Assembly: GCA_045606545.1 (NCBI GenBank)
Contig: JAZUSD010000102.1
Coordinates: 22,663 to 86,662 of the forward strand
Direction of reading: 5' to 3'
Origin: Acutalibacteraceae bacterium
GTDB taxonomy: Bacteria > Bacillota > Clostridia > Oscillospirales > Acutalibacteraceae
Length of the DNA stretch: 64,000 bases
A program made the position numbers and the translations under genes. Positions 39,982-47,717 of this stretch are shown here, piece after piece; positions within the stretch are counted from its first letter, which is position 1, and the number at the start of each line of letters is the position of its first letter. The notes beneath the pieces were generated by a model, which worked only from the letters and a program-made list of their open reading frames with translations, was not told the origin of the DNA and ran no database searches.

Positions 39982-41457
39982 ATGAAATCAATTGCATTAA
40001 AAATTCAGGAATTTGCAAAAACAACACCTGAACAAATTGCATTAATTATCAATGATGAGAAATGCAATTATAAAGACCTTGCAGAAATCAACAGAAAAAC
40101 TGCAAAGTTTTTAGAGACAAAAGGTATTAAAGCAGGGGACAGAATTGTTGTTGAAGCAGACCATATTATGTCTTATGTATATTTCTGGTATGGTATTCAG
40201 CTTCTTGGTGCAACATTCGTTCCTGTTGAAAAAAGTTCACCAAGCAAAAGAATTATTGAAATTGCAGAAGAGCTTGATGCTGTAAAGATGGTAACTCTAG
40301 AAGCAAGAGAAGACCTTAAAGATGCCTGGAGCCTTGCGGAGATTATTAAAGAAATCGAAGCAACTGACGATAATTATGTTGCAGTTGACCCTGACCCTGA
40401 AAGCCTTGCTGAAATTCTTTTCACAACAGGCACAACAGGTAAATCAAAGGGTGTTATGGTTTCTTTCTCTAACCAGGTTAATATCGCTCTTGCAGGTATT
40501 GAAACAACTAATATTAAGTCCGATAATATCTGGCTTATTCCAACACCTATGAACCATGCTGCCGCATTAAGAAAGGTTCATATAGCAATGGCAGTTGGCA
40601 GCACAACCTGTCTTCTTGATGGTTTCAGAAATTTCAAGCAGTATTTCAAAACAATTGAAGACCATAATGTTACTTCACTTTATTTACCTCCATCAGCAAT
40701 TCATCTTCTTCTTGCATTTGCAAGCAAGAACTTTGCAGCCCTTAATGACCAGCTTCGCTTTGTATATTCAAGCTCAACCGCATATCCCGAAACAGATAAA
40801 GAAAAAATGCGCAAATTAATGCCGAATGTATATATGTATAACTGTTTCGGTTGCTCTGAAGCAGGTGTTGTCTGCACAGATGAATTCTGCGTTTCAGGTG
40901 GATCTGAATATGCTTCAAGTGTAGGTAAACCCAACTCCTATAGCGAAATTGTTATTCTTGATGAAGACGGCAATGAAATGACCGATGCCTCCGCAGAGAA
41001 ACCCGGTCTTATTGCAATCCGTAGTAAATCAGTTATGAAAGGCTATTGGAATGAGCCCGAATTAACTGCTCAGGCAATTAAAAATGGTATGCTTGTTATG
41101 AGCGACCTTTGTTACTTTGCGCCCAACGGTGAAATTATTCTTGTTGGCAGAAGTAACGACACAATCAACCTTGGTGGCTTAAAGGTTGCGCCTGTTGAGG
41201 TTGAAGAGGTTGTTATGAGAGCTGATTGCGTTGATGAATGTCTCCTTATTCCAACAATCAAGGGAGATAACGTTTCACTGAAATTACTTGTTGTTCTTGA
41301 AGAAGGTAAAGAGCTTGATGAGGCAGAAATCCGTAAATTAATTACAGAAAATCTCGAACCCTACAAGCTTCCTAAGAAGATTGAGGTTATTGATGAAATC
41401 ATTAAAACCTTTAATGGCAAAATCGACAGAAAGCAAATGATTTCTAAATACGCTTAA
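39982..41457 (+). CDS. Adenylate-forming enzyme (DltA-like carrier-protein ligase)
   Basis: AMP-binding motifs LFTTGTTGKSKGV, the GLKVAPVEVEEV region, and the terminal NGKIDRK. 491 aa. Confidence 0.85.
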   Translation: MKSIALKIQEFAKTTPEQIALIINDEKCNYKDLAEINRKTAKFLETKGIKAGDRIVVEADHIMSYVYFWYGIQLLGATFVPVEKSSPSKRIIEIAEELDAVKMVTLEAREDLKDAWSLAEIIKEIEATDDNYVAVDPDPESLAEILFTTGTTGKSKGVMVSFSNQVNIALAGIETTNIKSDNIWLIPTPMNHAAALRKVHIAMAVGSTTCLLDGFRNFKQYFKTIEDHNVTSLYLPPSAIHLLLAFASKNFAALNDQLRFVYSSSTAYPETDKEKMRKLMPNVYMYNCFGCSEAGVVCTDEFCVSGGSEYASSVGKPNSYSEIVILDEDGNEMTDASAEKPGLIAIRSKSVMKGYWNEPELTAQAIKNGMLVMSDLCYFAPNGEIILVGRSNDTINLGGLKVAPVEVEEVVMRADCVDECLLIPTIKGDNVSLKLLVVLEEGKELDEAEIRKLITENLEPYKLPKKIEVIDEIIKTFNGKIDRKQMISKYA

Positions 41458-41463
41458 TTTTTT

Positions 41464-41506
41464 AATCACCTTTAATCGTACTTGATTAAAGGTGATTATA
41501 TTTTTA
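41464..41506 (+). terminator. Rho-independent terminator of the Dlt-like cassette
   Basis: 14-bp stem AATCACCTTTAATC / GATTAAAGGTGATT followed by a T-rich tract. Confidence 0.8.
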
Positions 41507-41572
41507 TATTGAAAATAATCTATGATTAGAATATAATATTAAGTAAAGTTAAGGGTAAGAGCATATAATTAA

Positions 41573-42298
41573 TTGGTGATTATTTTGAAAAAATTGATTT
41601 ATGTTGTTTTACCTGTAATTGTTTCTTTATCGATTTTTATATATACAATAGCACTTCGTAGTACCATTAACACAGTTAAACAAACAGAGCAACACGGAAA
41701 TAAACCGATTGTTATAATAGATGCAGGTCATGGTGGATTTGACGGTGGTGCAATTGCAAATGATGGCACTGTAGAAAAAGATATAAACCTTTCAATATCC
41801 TTGTATCTGCAGGAATACCTCTCTTTCTTTAACATTAAAACAATTATGATAAGAGATACGGATTGTTCCGTTGAGGATGAGGGACTAAAAACCATCAGGC
41901 AAAAAAAATCTTCAGACTTACATAACAGAATGAAAATTATGGAAGAAACCGATAACGCGATTTTCGTCAGTATTCATCAAAATAAATACCCCGATGAAAA
42001 ATACAGTGGCACTCAGGTTTTTTATTCTCCCAAAACAAAAGATGAAAGTCAGGTTTTAGCGCAAACAATTCAGGATTATATTGTAAATACATTGCAGAAA
42101 GACAATACCAGGCAAATCAAAGAATGCGGAACATCAGTTTTTTTAATGTATAATGCAGTTAAACCTGCGGTGCTTGTTGAATGCGGTTTTTTATCAAACT
42201 ATGAGGAAACAAACAAATTGAAAACATCGGAATATCAAAAGAAAATTGCTTTTTGCATTGCAATTGGTATTCAAAATTATTTAAGTTGCCGAGAATAA
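41573..42298 (+). CDS. cwlD: N-acetylmuramoyl-L-alanine amidase CwlD (germination-specific type)
   Basis: N-terminal TM segment, IIDAGHGGFDGGA, DINLSISL and VSIHQN. The start is uncertain (TTG 41573 or TTG 41585). Confidence 0.8.
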   Translation: MVIILKKLIYVVLPVIVSLSIFIYTIALRSTINTVKQTEQHGNKPIVIIDAGHGGFDGGAIANDGTVEKDINLSISLYLQEYLSFFNIKTIMIRDTDCSVEDEGLKTIRQKKSSDLHNRMKIMEETDNAIFVSIHQNKYPDEKYSGTQVFYSPKTKDESQVLAQTIQDYIVNTLQKDNTRQIKECGTSVFLMYNAVKPAVLVECGFLSNYEETNKLKTSEYQKKIAFCIAIGIQNYLSCRE

Positions 42299-42326
42299 CG
42301 CGGCTTATTTGTCAGGAGTTAATATA

Positions 42327-43706
42327 ATGGCGAAAACTAAAACAGTTTTTATATGTAATCAATGCGGTTATGAATCTGCAAAGTGGTATGGAAAATGCCC
42401 ATCCTGTGGCGAATGGGACTCAATGAACGAAGAGCAGATTATAACCGAAACCTTAAAAAAGAGCTCTGCAAAGCGCGTCAGTTCTGTATCAGATAAGGTT
42501 TTATCTTTATCAAAAATTGACTCCACAACTGAGCTTCGATATGATACAGGTGTAAGGGAGCTGAACAGAGTGCTTGGGGGCGGTCTTGTCCGAGGTTCAC
42601 TTGTTCTTCTTTCAGGCGATCCCGGTATCGGTAAATCAACAATACTTCTTCAGATTTGCGAGTATCTTTCTCAGAAGCTTTCAGTTTTATATGTATCGGG
42701 TGAGGAATCTGCTTATCAGATTAAAATGAGAGCTAAAAGACTTGGCGTAACAAGTGAAGATTTAGCAATTATGTGCGAAACAGATGCAGAACTTATTTGC
42801 GAATATATCAGAACTGAAAAGCCGGATATTGTTATGATTGACTCAATTCAGACAATGAGTATTTCCGAGGTTAATTCAACATCAGGAAGTATTACACAAG
42901 TAAGGGAATGCACAAATCTTTTTATGAGAACTGCTAAAAGCTTTGATGTTTCAATTATATTGGTTGGTCACGTTAATAAAGATGGTAATATTGCAGGTCC
43001 AAAGGTTCTTGAGCATATAGTTGATACTGTTCTGTATTTTGAGGGTGAAAGAAACCTGTCATACAGAATTTTAAGAGCAGTAAAAAACCGATTTGGTTCA
43101 ACCAATGAAATCGGCGTTTTTGAAATGACAAACAAAGGTCTTATCGAAATCGAAAATCCCTCCTTAGCGATGATTTCAGGAAGACCCTTAAACATATCGG
43201 GTACATGCGTAACTTGCCTTATAGAAGGCTCCAGACCCATTTTAGCTGAGGTTCAGGGTCTTGCTACCGCATCAGGCTACGGAAACCCTCGAAGAATGGC
43301 AACAGGCTTTGATTACAATCGAATGGCAATGCTGATTGCTATTTTGGAAAAGCGTGCAGGTTACTTTTTAGGCAATATGGATTGCTATGTTAATATAGTT
43401 GGTGGTCTTCGTGCGGACGAGCCTGCAAGCGACCTTGCAGTTGCATTATCAATCATATCAAGCCTGAAAGACGCTGTTATTGACAGCTCAACAATCGTGT
43501 TCGGTGAAATTGGTCTTGGTGGCGAAATCCGTACTATAAATAACTGTGAAAAGCGAATTCGTGAATGCGAACGCCTTGGTTTCAAAAGATGCATTGTGCC
43601 TCGCCAGAACCTTAAAAATCTTTCAAAAAGTGACTTTGGCGATATTGAAATTTTCGGTGTACGAAATATCCGAGAAGCTTTTGAGTGTGCAGTTGATAAT
43701 ATATGA
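42327..43706 (+). CDS. radA: DNA repair protein RadA/Sms
   Basis: CNQCGYESAKWYGKCPSCGEW zinc finger, GDPGIGKST Walker A, KNRFG, and a Lon-like C-terminal domain. Confidence 0.93.
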   Translation: MAKTKTVFICNQCGYESAKWYGKCPSCGEWDSMNEEQIITETLKKSSAKRVSSVSDKVLSLSKIDSTTELRYDTGVRELNRVLGGGLVRGSLVLLSGDPGIGKSTILLQICEYLSQKLSVLYVSGEESAYQIKMRAKRLGVTSEDLAIMCETDAELICEYIRTEKPDIVMIDSIQTMSISEVNSTSGSITQVRECTNLFMRTAKSFDVSIILVGHVNKDGNIAGPKVLEHIVDTVLYFEGERNLSYRILRAVKNRFGSTNEIGVFEMTNKGLIEIENPSLAMISGRPLNISGTCVTCLIEGSRPILAEVQGLATASGYGNPRRMATGFDYNRMAMLIAILEKRAGYFLGNMDCYVNIVGGLRADEPASDLAVALSIISSLKDAVIDSSTIVFGEIGLGGEIRTINNCEKRIRECERLGFKRCIVPRQNLKNLSKSDFGDIEIFGVRNIREAFECAVDNI

Positions 43707-44446
43707 ATAAACTTATAAAAATACCTTGCTTACCCAAAGGTGAAGTTAAACACTGTTTGATTGGTGAAAGCTATACCGATGAAATCAATGAATTAAAAGA
43801 GCTTGAAATTGAATGTTTAACATTAAACAAAAACCCTTTACTTGATGATGAAATCAGTTGCCACGCAGATATGAATGCCTTTAATTTTGGTAATGGACAA
43901 GTTCTTTTAAATAATGGTCCAATAGGGGAGAGTGGGCTTAAAAAAATGGGTCTTGAGCCTGTTTTTTCAGTATCCCGAATCAGTTCACCATATCCATATG
44001 ATATTCCTCTTAATGTTGCTTTTACAGGCAAGCACATTATTTGTAATTCCACACATACAGCAAGAGAAATTATTGATTTTGCCAATAACAATAATATTGA
44101 AATCATTAACACAAAACAAGGATATTCAAAATGTAATTTATGTATCGTAAGTGAAAATGCAATAATTACAGAAGATAGAGGTCTCGCCCGTTTGTTAAAA
44201 AATTATCAATATGATGTTTTGTTAATTTCAAGCGGTGATATATATCTTTCTGACGCTCATTATGGCTTTTTGGGTGGAGCTGCCTGCAAAATTTCATCTG
44301 ATAAAATGTATTTCAGCGGAGATTTGAGCAGTCACAGAGATTATGAAAGCATTTTAAATTTTCTCAGTTTATATAATGTTAAGCCAATTTATAATAAATC
44401 CCGTAAATTAACTGATTTTGGCGGAATTATTCAGTTAACTGAATAA
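43703..44446 (+). CDS. Conserved hypothetical protein, translationally coupled to radA
   Basis: 247 aa with an ATGA overlap with radA. CHADM and GFLGGAACK motifs. I recognise no family with confidence. Confidence 0.6.
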   Translation: MNKLIKIPCLPKGEVKHCLIGESYTDEINELKELEIECLTLNKNPLLDDEISCHADMNAFNFGNGQVLLNNGPIGESGLKKMGLEPVFSVSRISSPYPYDIPLNVAFTGKHIICNSTHTAREIIDFANNNNIEIINTKQGYSKCNLCIVSENAIITEDRGLARLLKNYQYDVLLISSGDIYLSDAHYGFLGGAACKISSDKMYFSGDLSSHRDYESILNFLSLYNVKPIYNKSRKLTDFGGIIQLTE

Positions 44447-44612
44447 ATTTATTGATTTAAGCTAATTTTATATGTTACTAAGCTAAATTTCAAAAAATAC
44501 CGTTTAACCAGTTTTTTCTGAATGAGTAAAGTATCAAATGAAAAATTTCTATTCAACGTATCAAAGAGTATAATTTTTATAAATTAAAATTTCTGAAAGG
44601 AAAATTAAGAAA

Positions 44613-44717
44613 ATGAAAAATCCTGAAAAAAATGCAGTAGCAAAATTAGGTTATACAATAACAATGGTTGTTGTAGCATCTGCAATTTTAATTTGCATGA
44701 AAAAATATAAAGAATGA
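44613..44717 (+). CDS. Candidate small hydrophobic peptide (34 aa, below the ORF-track cut-off)
   Basis: Own translation: MKNPEKNAVAKLGYTITMVVVASAILICMKKYKE. It has one TM helix with charged ends. A -10 TATAAT lies at 44569..44574, GAAAGGAAAA lies upstream, and its own terminator lies at 44786..44820. Confidence 0.35.
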   Translation: MKNPEKNAVAKLGYTITMVVVASAILICMKKYKE

Positions 44718-44785
44718 TTTAAATGCTTATTTTTAACTAAATATCCTGGCATTACATATTATCTGATAAACTAGCAAAAAACCAC

Positions 44786-44820
44786 GGGCAAAGCCTGAAA
44801 ATGCTTTTGCCCACCTTTTT
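44786..44820 (+). terminator. Rho-independent terminator
   Basis: GGGCAAAGC-CTGAAAAT-GCTTTTGCCC (one bulge), followed by ACCTTTTT. Confidence 0.5.
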
Positions 44821-44830
44821 CTCTCCTCTC

Positions 44831-44860
44831 ACTTATACAAAACTTTAATTTTGTATAAGT
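44831..44860. promoter_or_regulatory. Perfect 12-bp inverted repeat (candidate operator) abutting the -35 element
   Basis: ACTTATACAAAA-CTTTAA-TTTTGTATAAGT, ending 2 nt before the TTGACA. Confidence 0.55.
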
Positions 44861-44862
44861 GG

Positions 44863-44891
44863 TTGACAAGGTTAAGAGAGAAGTGTATAAT
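44863..44891 (+). promoter_or_regulatory. Consensus extended -10 sigma-A promoter upstream of the Xer-type recombinase
   Basis: TTGACA (44863..44868), a 17-nt spacer ending in TG, then TATAAT (44886..44891). Confidence 0.65.
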
Positions 44892-44995
44892 GGTTTTGTT
44901 GGTGGAATTTTGTTCTCTCCTGCTTTTTATGAGGTTCTAATTACCAGACTCTTAACTATGCATTTATATTATCTTATTGTAAAGAAGGTTTTGAT

Positions 44996-46027
44996 TTGAA
45001 AAAAGAAGATTTTATTTATATCTTCCCATCCTTTATCTTTGAATATCTTAACTATAACAGTGTTATCAAAAATCGCTCTGATTTAACTGTTAAGGAATAT
45101 GCAAATGATTTACATACCTTTTTCAGATTTTTAAAGCAAATTCGTGGACTTGTTCCTAAAGATGTTCCTTTTGAAGAAATTAAGATTAATGATTTAACCA
45201 TTGAAACGGTTGCTTCTGTTACTTTAAACGATGCTTATATGTTTCTTGTTTATTGCAAAGATGAACGAGAAAACAATGAGCGCACTCGCGCCCGAAAAGC
45301 AACTACCCTTCGTATGTTTTATAAATATCTTACAGTTCAGAAGCGTTTACTTACTGAAAACCCTTTACAAGAGCTTGATTCTCCCAAAATCAAAAAAACT
45401 CTCCCCAAGTATTTAACACTTGATGAGAGCCTGAATTTATTAAATGCAGTTGACGGAAAATTCAAGGAACGCGATTACTGTATTATAACATTATTCCTTA
45501 ACTGCGGAATGCGTCTTTCGGAGCTTGTTTCATTGAATTTAAGTGATATTCGCTCTAATAACACGATTGTTGTCACAGGTAAAGGTAATAAAGAGAGAAC
45601 AATTTATCTTAATAACGCTTGTATTGATGCAATTAACGCTTATCTCCCCTTCCGACCTGTTGATGGTGTAAAAGATAAGGATAAAAATGCTCTTTTCATA
45701 AGCAGGCAGAAAACCCGAATCAGTCCTAAAACAGTTCAGTTTATTGTTAAAAATACTTTAGAAAAAGCAGGTATGAAGGACAGAGAGCTTTCAACCCATA
45801 AATTAAGGCACACAGCCGCAACTCTTATGTATCAATATGGCAATGTAGATGTTCTTGCTATCAAAGAAATGCTCGGTCACGAAAGCCTGAGCACTACCCA
45901 GATTTATACTCATATTATGGATGAACAACTGCAAAAAGCAGCAGATGCGAACCCTTTGAGCTCTGTAAAAGCGCCCAAAAGACCTGTTTTCACTGATTCA
46001 AGCGATGATTCAGGTAAAAATAAATAA
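44996..46027 (+). CDS. Tyrosine site-specific recombinase, XerC/XerD family
   Basis: The ARKATTLRMFYKYL core-binding domain, then catalytic residues in GMRLSEL (R), HKLRHTAAT (HxxR) and LGHESLSTTQIYTH (H...Y). TTG start after AAGAAGG. Confidence 0.85.
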   Translation: MKKEDFIYIFPSFIFEYLNYNSVIKNRSDLTVKEYANDLHTFFRFLKQIRGLVPKDVPFEEIKINDLTIETVASVTLNDAYMFLVYCKDERENNERTRARKATTLRMFYKYLTVQKRLLTENPLQELDSPKIKKTLPKYLTLDESLNLLNAVDGKFKERDYCIITLFLNCGMRLSELVSLNLSDIRSNNTIVVTGKGNKERTIYLNNACIDAINAYLPFRPVDGVKDKDKNALFISRQKTRISPKTVQFIVKNTLEKAGMKDRELSTHKLRHTAATLMYQYGNVDVLAIKEMLGHESLSTTQIYTHIMDEQLQKAADANPLSSVKAPKRPVFTDSSDDSGKNK

Positions 46028-46636
46028 TCCCTGAAAAATTTTAAAGCAAAATGTGCTTATCAAAGCCCCAACCAAAACAGGAATACATAGTATTAAGTAG
46101 TTTAAAACATATTCCTTTAACAAATTTTTACTTTTAAATGCATTGTCACCTGCTATGCAACCGAATAAATTTACTGATATTTTTGTACTTTCACAACAGC
46201 ACTTCACAAGAGTTGCTGTTGTGATTGCATATGGTAACAAATCAACCATAATGCAGTAAAAAAGTCCTTTTAAACCATAATTAATAAGCATCAGTGACAC
46301 ATAACCACTGCACATTACACCGAAAACTATGGGCACAAGCCATACCAAAGGAGTACCGACTGCACACAATCCAAACAAAAATGCTGTAATTATGAATATT
46401 ATAAGGAAAACTACAATACCCGAAAAACAACTCAAAAATCCGCATTCGCTTTTTGCTGATATATAGTTATTCAGTAGCGTGCTGACAGCGTTTTTTATAT
46501 CGTCATCGCAATTTTTAATCAGAAACACACCCAGAATTACGCCACATAAAAATAATGAAAATAATATAATTGTCTCGCAATCGAAATTAATAGGTTTAAT
46601 CCTTTTAGCTTTAATAACAACGCCTTTTTTTAACAT
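46010..46636 (-). CDS. spoIIM: Stage II sporulation protein M-like polytopic membrane protein
   Basis: 208 aa with a basic N-terminus followed by 5-6 TM helices. Its position next to a Xer recombinase matches the B. subtilis spoIIM-fur-ripX region. The call rests on size, topology and context only. Confidence 0.5.
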   Translation of the reverse strand: MLKKGVVIKAKRIKPINFDCETIILFSLFLCGVILGVFLIKNCDDDIKNAVSTLLNNYISAKSECGFLSCFSGIVVFLIIFIITAFLFGLCAVGTPLVWLVPIVFGVMCSGYVSLMLINYGLKGLFYCIMVDLLPYAITTATLVKCCCESTKISVNLFGCIAGDNAFKSKNLLKEYVLNYLILCIPVLVGALISTFCFKIFQGLFIFT

Positions 46637-46648
46637 ACTTTATTCTCC

Positions 46649-47041
46649 TCAGATTTTTGTATTCGCTGCAGTAATGCCTCCTAAAAAGCCACCGGACAAG
46701 GATAACAAAAAAACGATAAATATGCTACCCGAAACGCTAAAGCCGTTTATAAGGCAAAACAAAAGGAAAACAAGCAAGCTATATGGAATGGTAGATATAA
46801 TTCCGGTTAAAAACCCCCTTCCTCTCACCTTTTTATAAACATAAACACCGCAAACAAAACCACCGAGAATAATAAATATATATATCAGATAATAAAGAAA
46901 ATCGGATTCAATATTTGTTTTATTCATAATAAAAGCTATCAATAAATAAAAGGCAAGAAAAACACCAAGACCTCTTAAAACACCAATTAAATAAGGCTTT
47001 GATTTATGTAAAACTTTCATGAACTTGTTTTTTTCAGGCAT
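46649..47041 (-). CDS. Small integral membrane protein (TIGR04086/YrzE-like)
   Basis: Four TM helices with GGF(V/L)(C/G)G motifs. The ATG at 47041 lies 7 nt after GGAGG. Confidence 0.45.
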   Translation of the reverse strand: MPEKNKFMKVLHKSKPYLIGVLRGLGVFLAFYLLIAFIMNKTNIESDFLYYLIYIFIILGGFVCGVYVYKKVRGRGFLTGIISTIPYSLLVFLLFCLINGFSVSGSIFIVFLLSLSGGFLGGITAANTKI

Positions 47042-47098
47042 AAAAAAACCTCCGCACACCTTTTTGTACAAGATATGCGGAAGATATATTTTATATTC

Positions 47099-47632
47099 TT
47101 ATTCTTCTGTTTTTTCTTCAGCCATTTTTGCTTCTTCTTCGGCTTTCATATCGTCAGCAGCACCAATGTTTTCAACCTTTTTGCTACGTTTTCCTTTGCC
47201 GTTAACAGCTTTATCGATAGCAGCTTTTTCACTCTGAGCTTTTTTAGCATCTGCAGCAGCTTTTCTTTCAGCTTCCATTCTTTCGTTAGCTGTGTTGTTA
47301 GTCTGAATAGCCCAACGCTGGAATTTCATTTTTACTCTGTCAGCACCTGTTTCAAGAACGATGCTATCTTCTTTAACAGTAACAACTCTACCCATAATAC
47401 CACCGATAGTTGTGATTTCATCACCAATCTGGATAGTATCGCGCATCTGCTGTTCTTCTTTTTGTTTCTTCTTCTGGGGGCGAATCATAACGAAATACAT
47501 TACTGCAAATAAGCCAACCATAAGAATAAGTGACATAGGATTACCGCCAGCTGCTGCGCCACCTTCAGCACCTGCACCTGCTGCAGCACCGCCACCAAAA
47601 AAATTACTTAATAAGGGAATAAATTCGAACAT
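47099..47632 (-). CDS. yajC: Preprotein translocase subunit YajC, extended form
   Basis: Core sequence LILMVGLFAVMYFVMIRPQKKKQKEEQQMRDTIQIGDEITTIGGIMGRVV. A Gly/Ala-rich N-terminus and a Lys/Glu/Ala-rich C-terminal tail are added. The ATG at 47632 lies after GGAGG. Confidence 0.8.
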   Translation of the reverse strand: MFEFIPLLSNFFGGGAAAGAGAEGGAAAGGNPMSLILMVGLFAVMYFVMIRPQKKKQKEEQQMRDTIQIGDEITTIGGIMGRVVTVKEDSIVLETGADRVKMKFQRWAIQTNNTANERMEAERKAAADAKKAQSEKAAIDKAVNGKGKRSKKVENIGAADDMKAEEEAKMAEEKTEE

Positions 47633-47717
47633 AGTTTTTTCCTCCAAAATTTTATACTATGGTATTATACATTTAATTTCCAAAATATACAAGTGTTTTT
47701 ATAAATAAATTAAATAA

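Noticed and set aside
41507-41572. Sporulation (sigma-E/sigma-G) promoter upstream of cwlD
   Set aside because: I found GAATA and CATATAAT-like elements, but their spacing (about 28 nt) does not fit either consensus, so no call was made.
44996-46027. Integrase marking an integrated mobile element or prophage boundary
   Set aside because: Both flanks are housekeeping genes (radA operon; spoIIM-like, yajC, tgt). No tRNA target, direct att-like repeats or cargo genes were seen. The motifs and size fit the chromosomal Xer-type recombinases.
47075-47708. + strand ORFs (145 aa and 115 aa) with Phe/Ser-rich or Pro/Ala-rich low-complexity translations
   Set aside because: They are antisense to yajC and reflect its Lys/Glu/Ala-rich and Gly/Ala-rich coding repeats.
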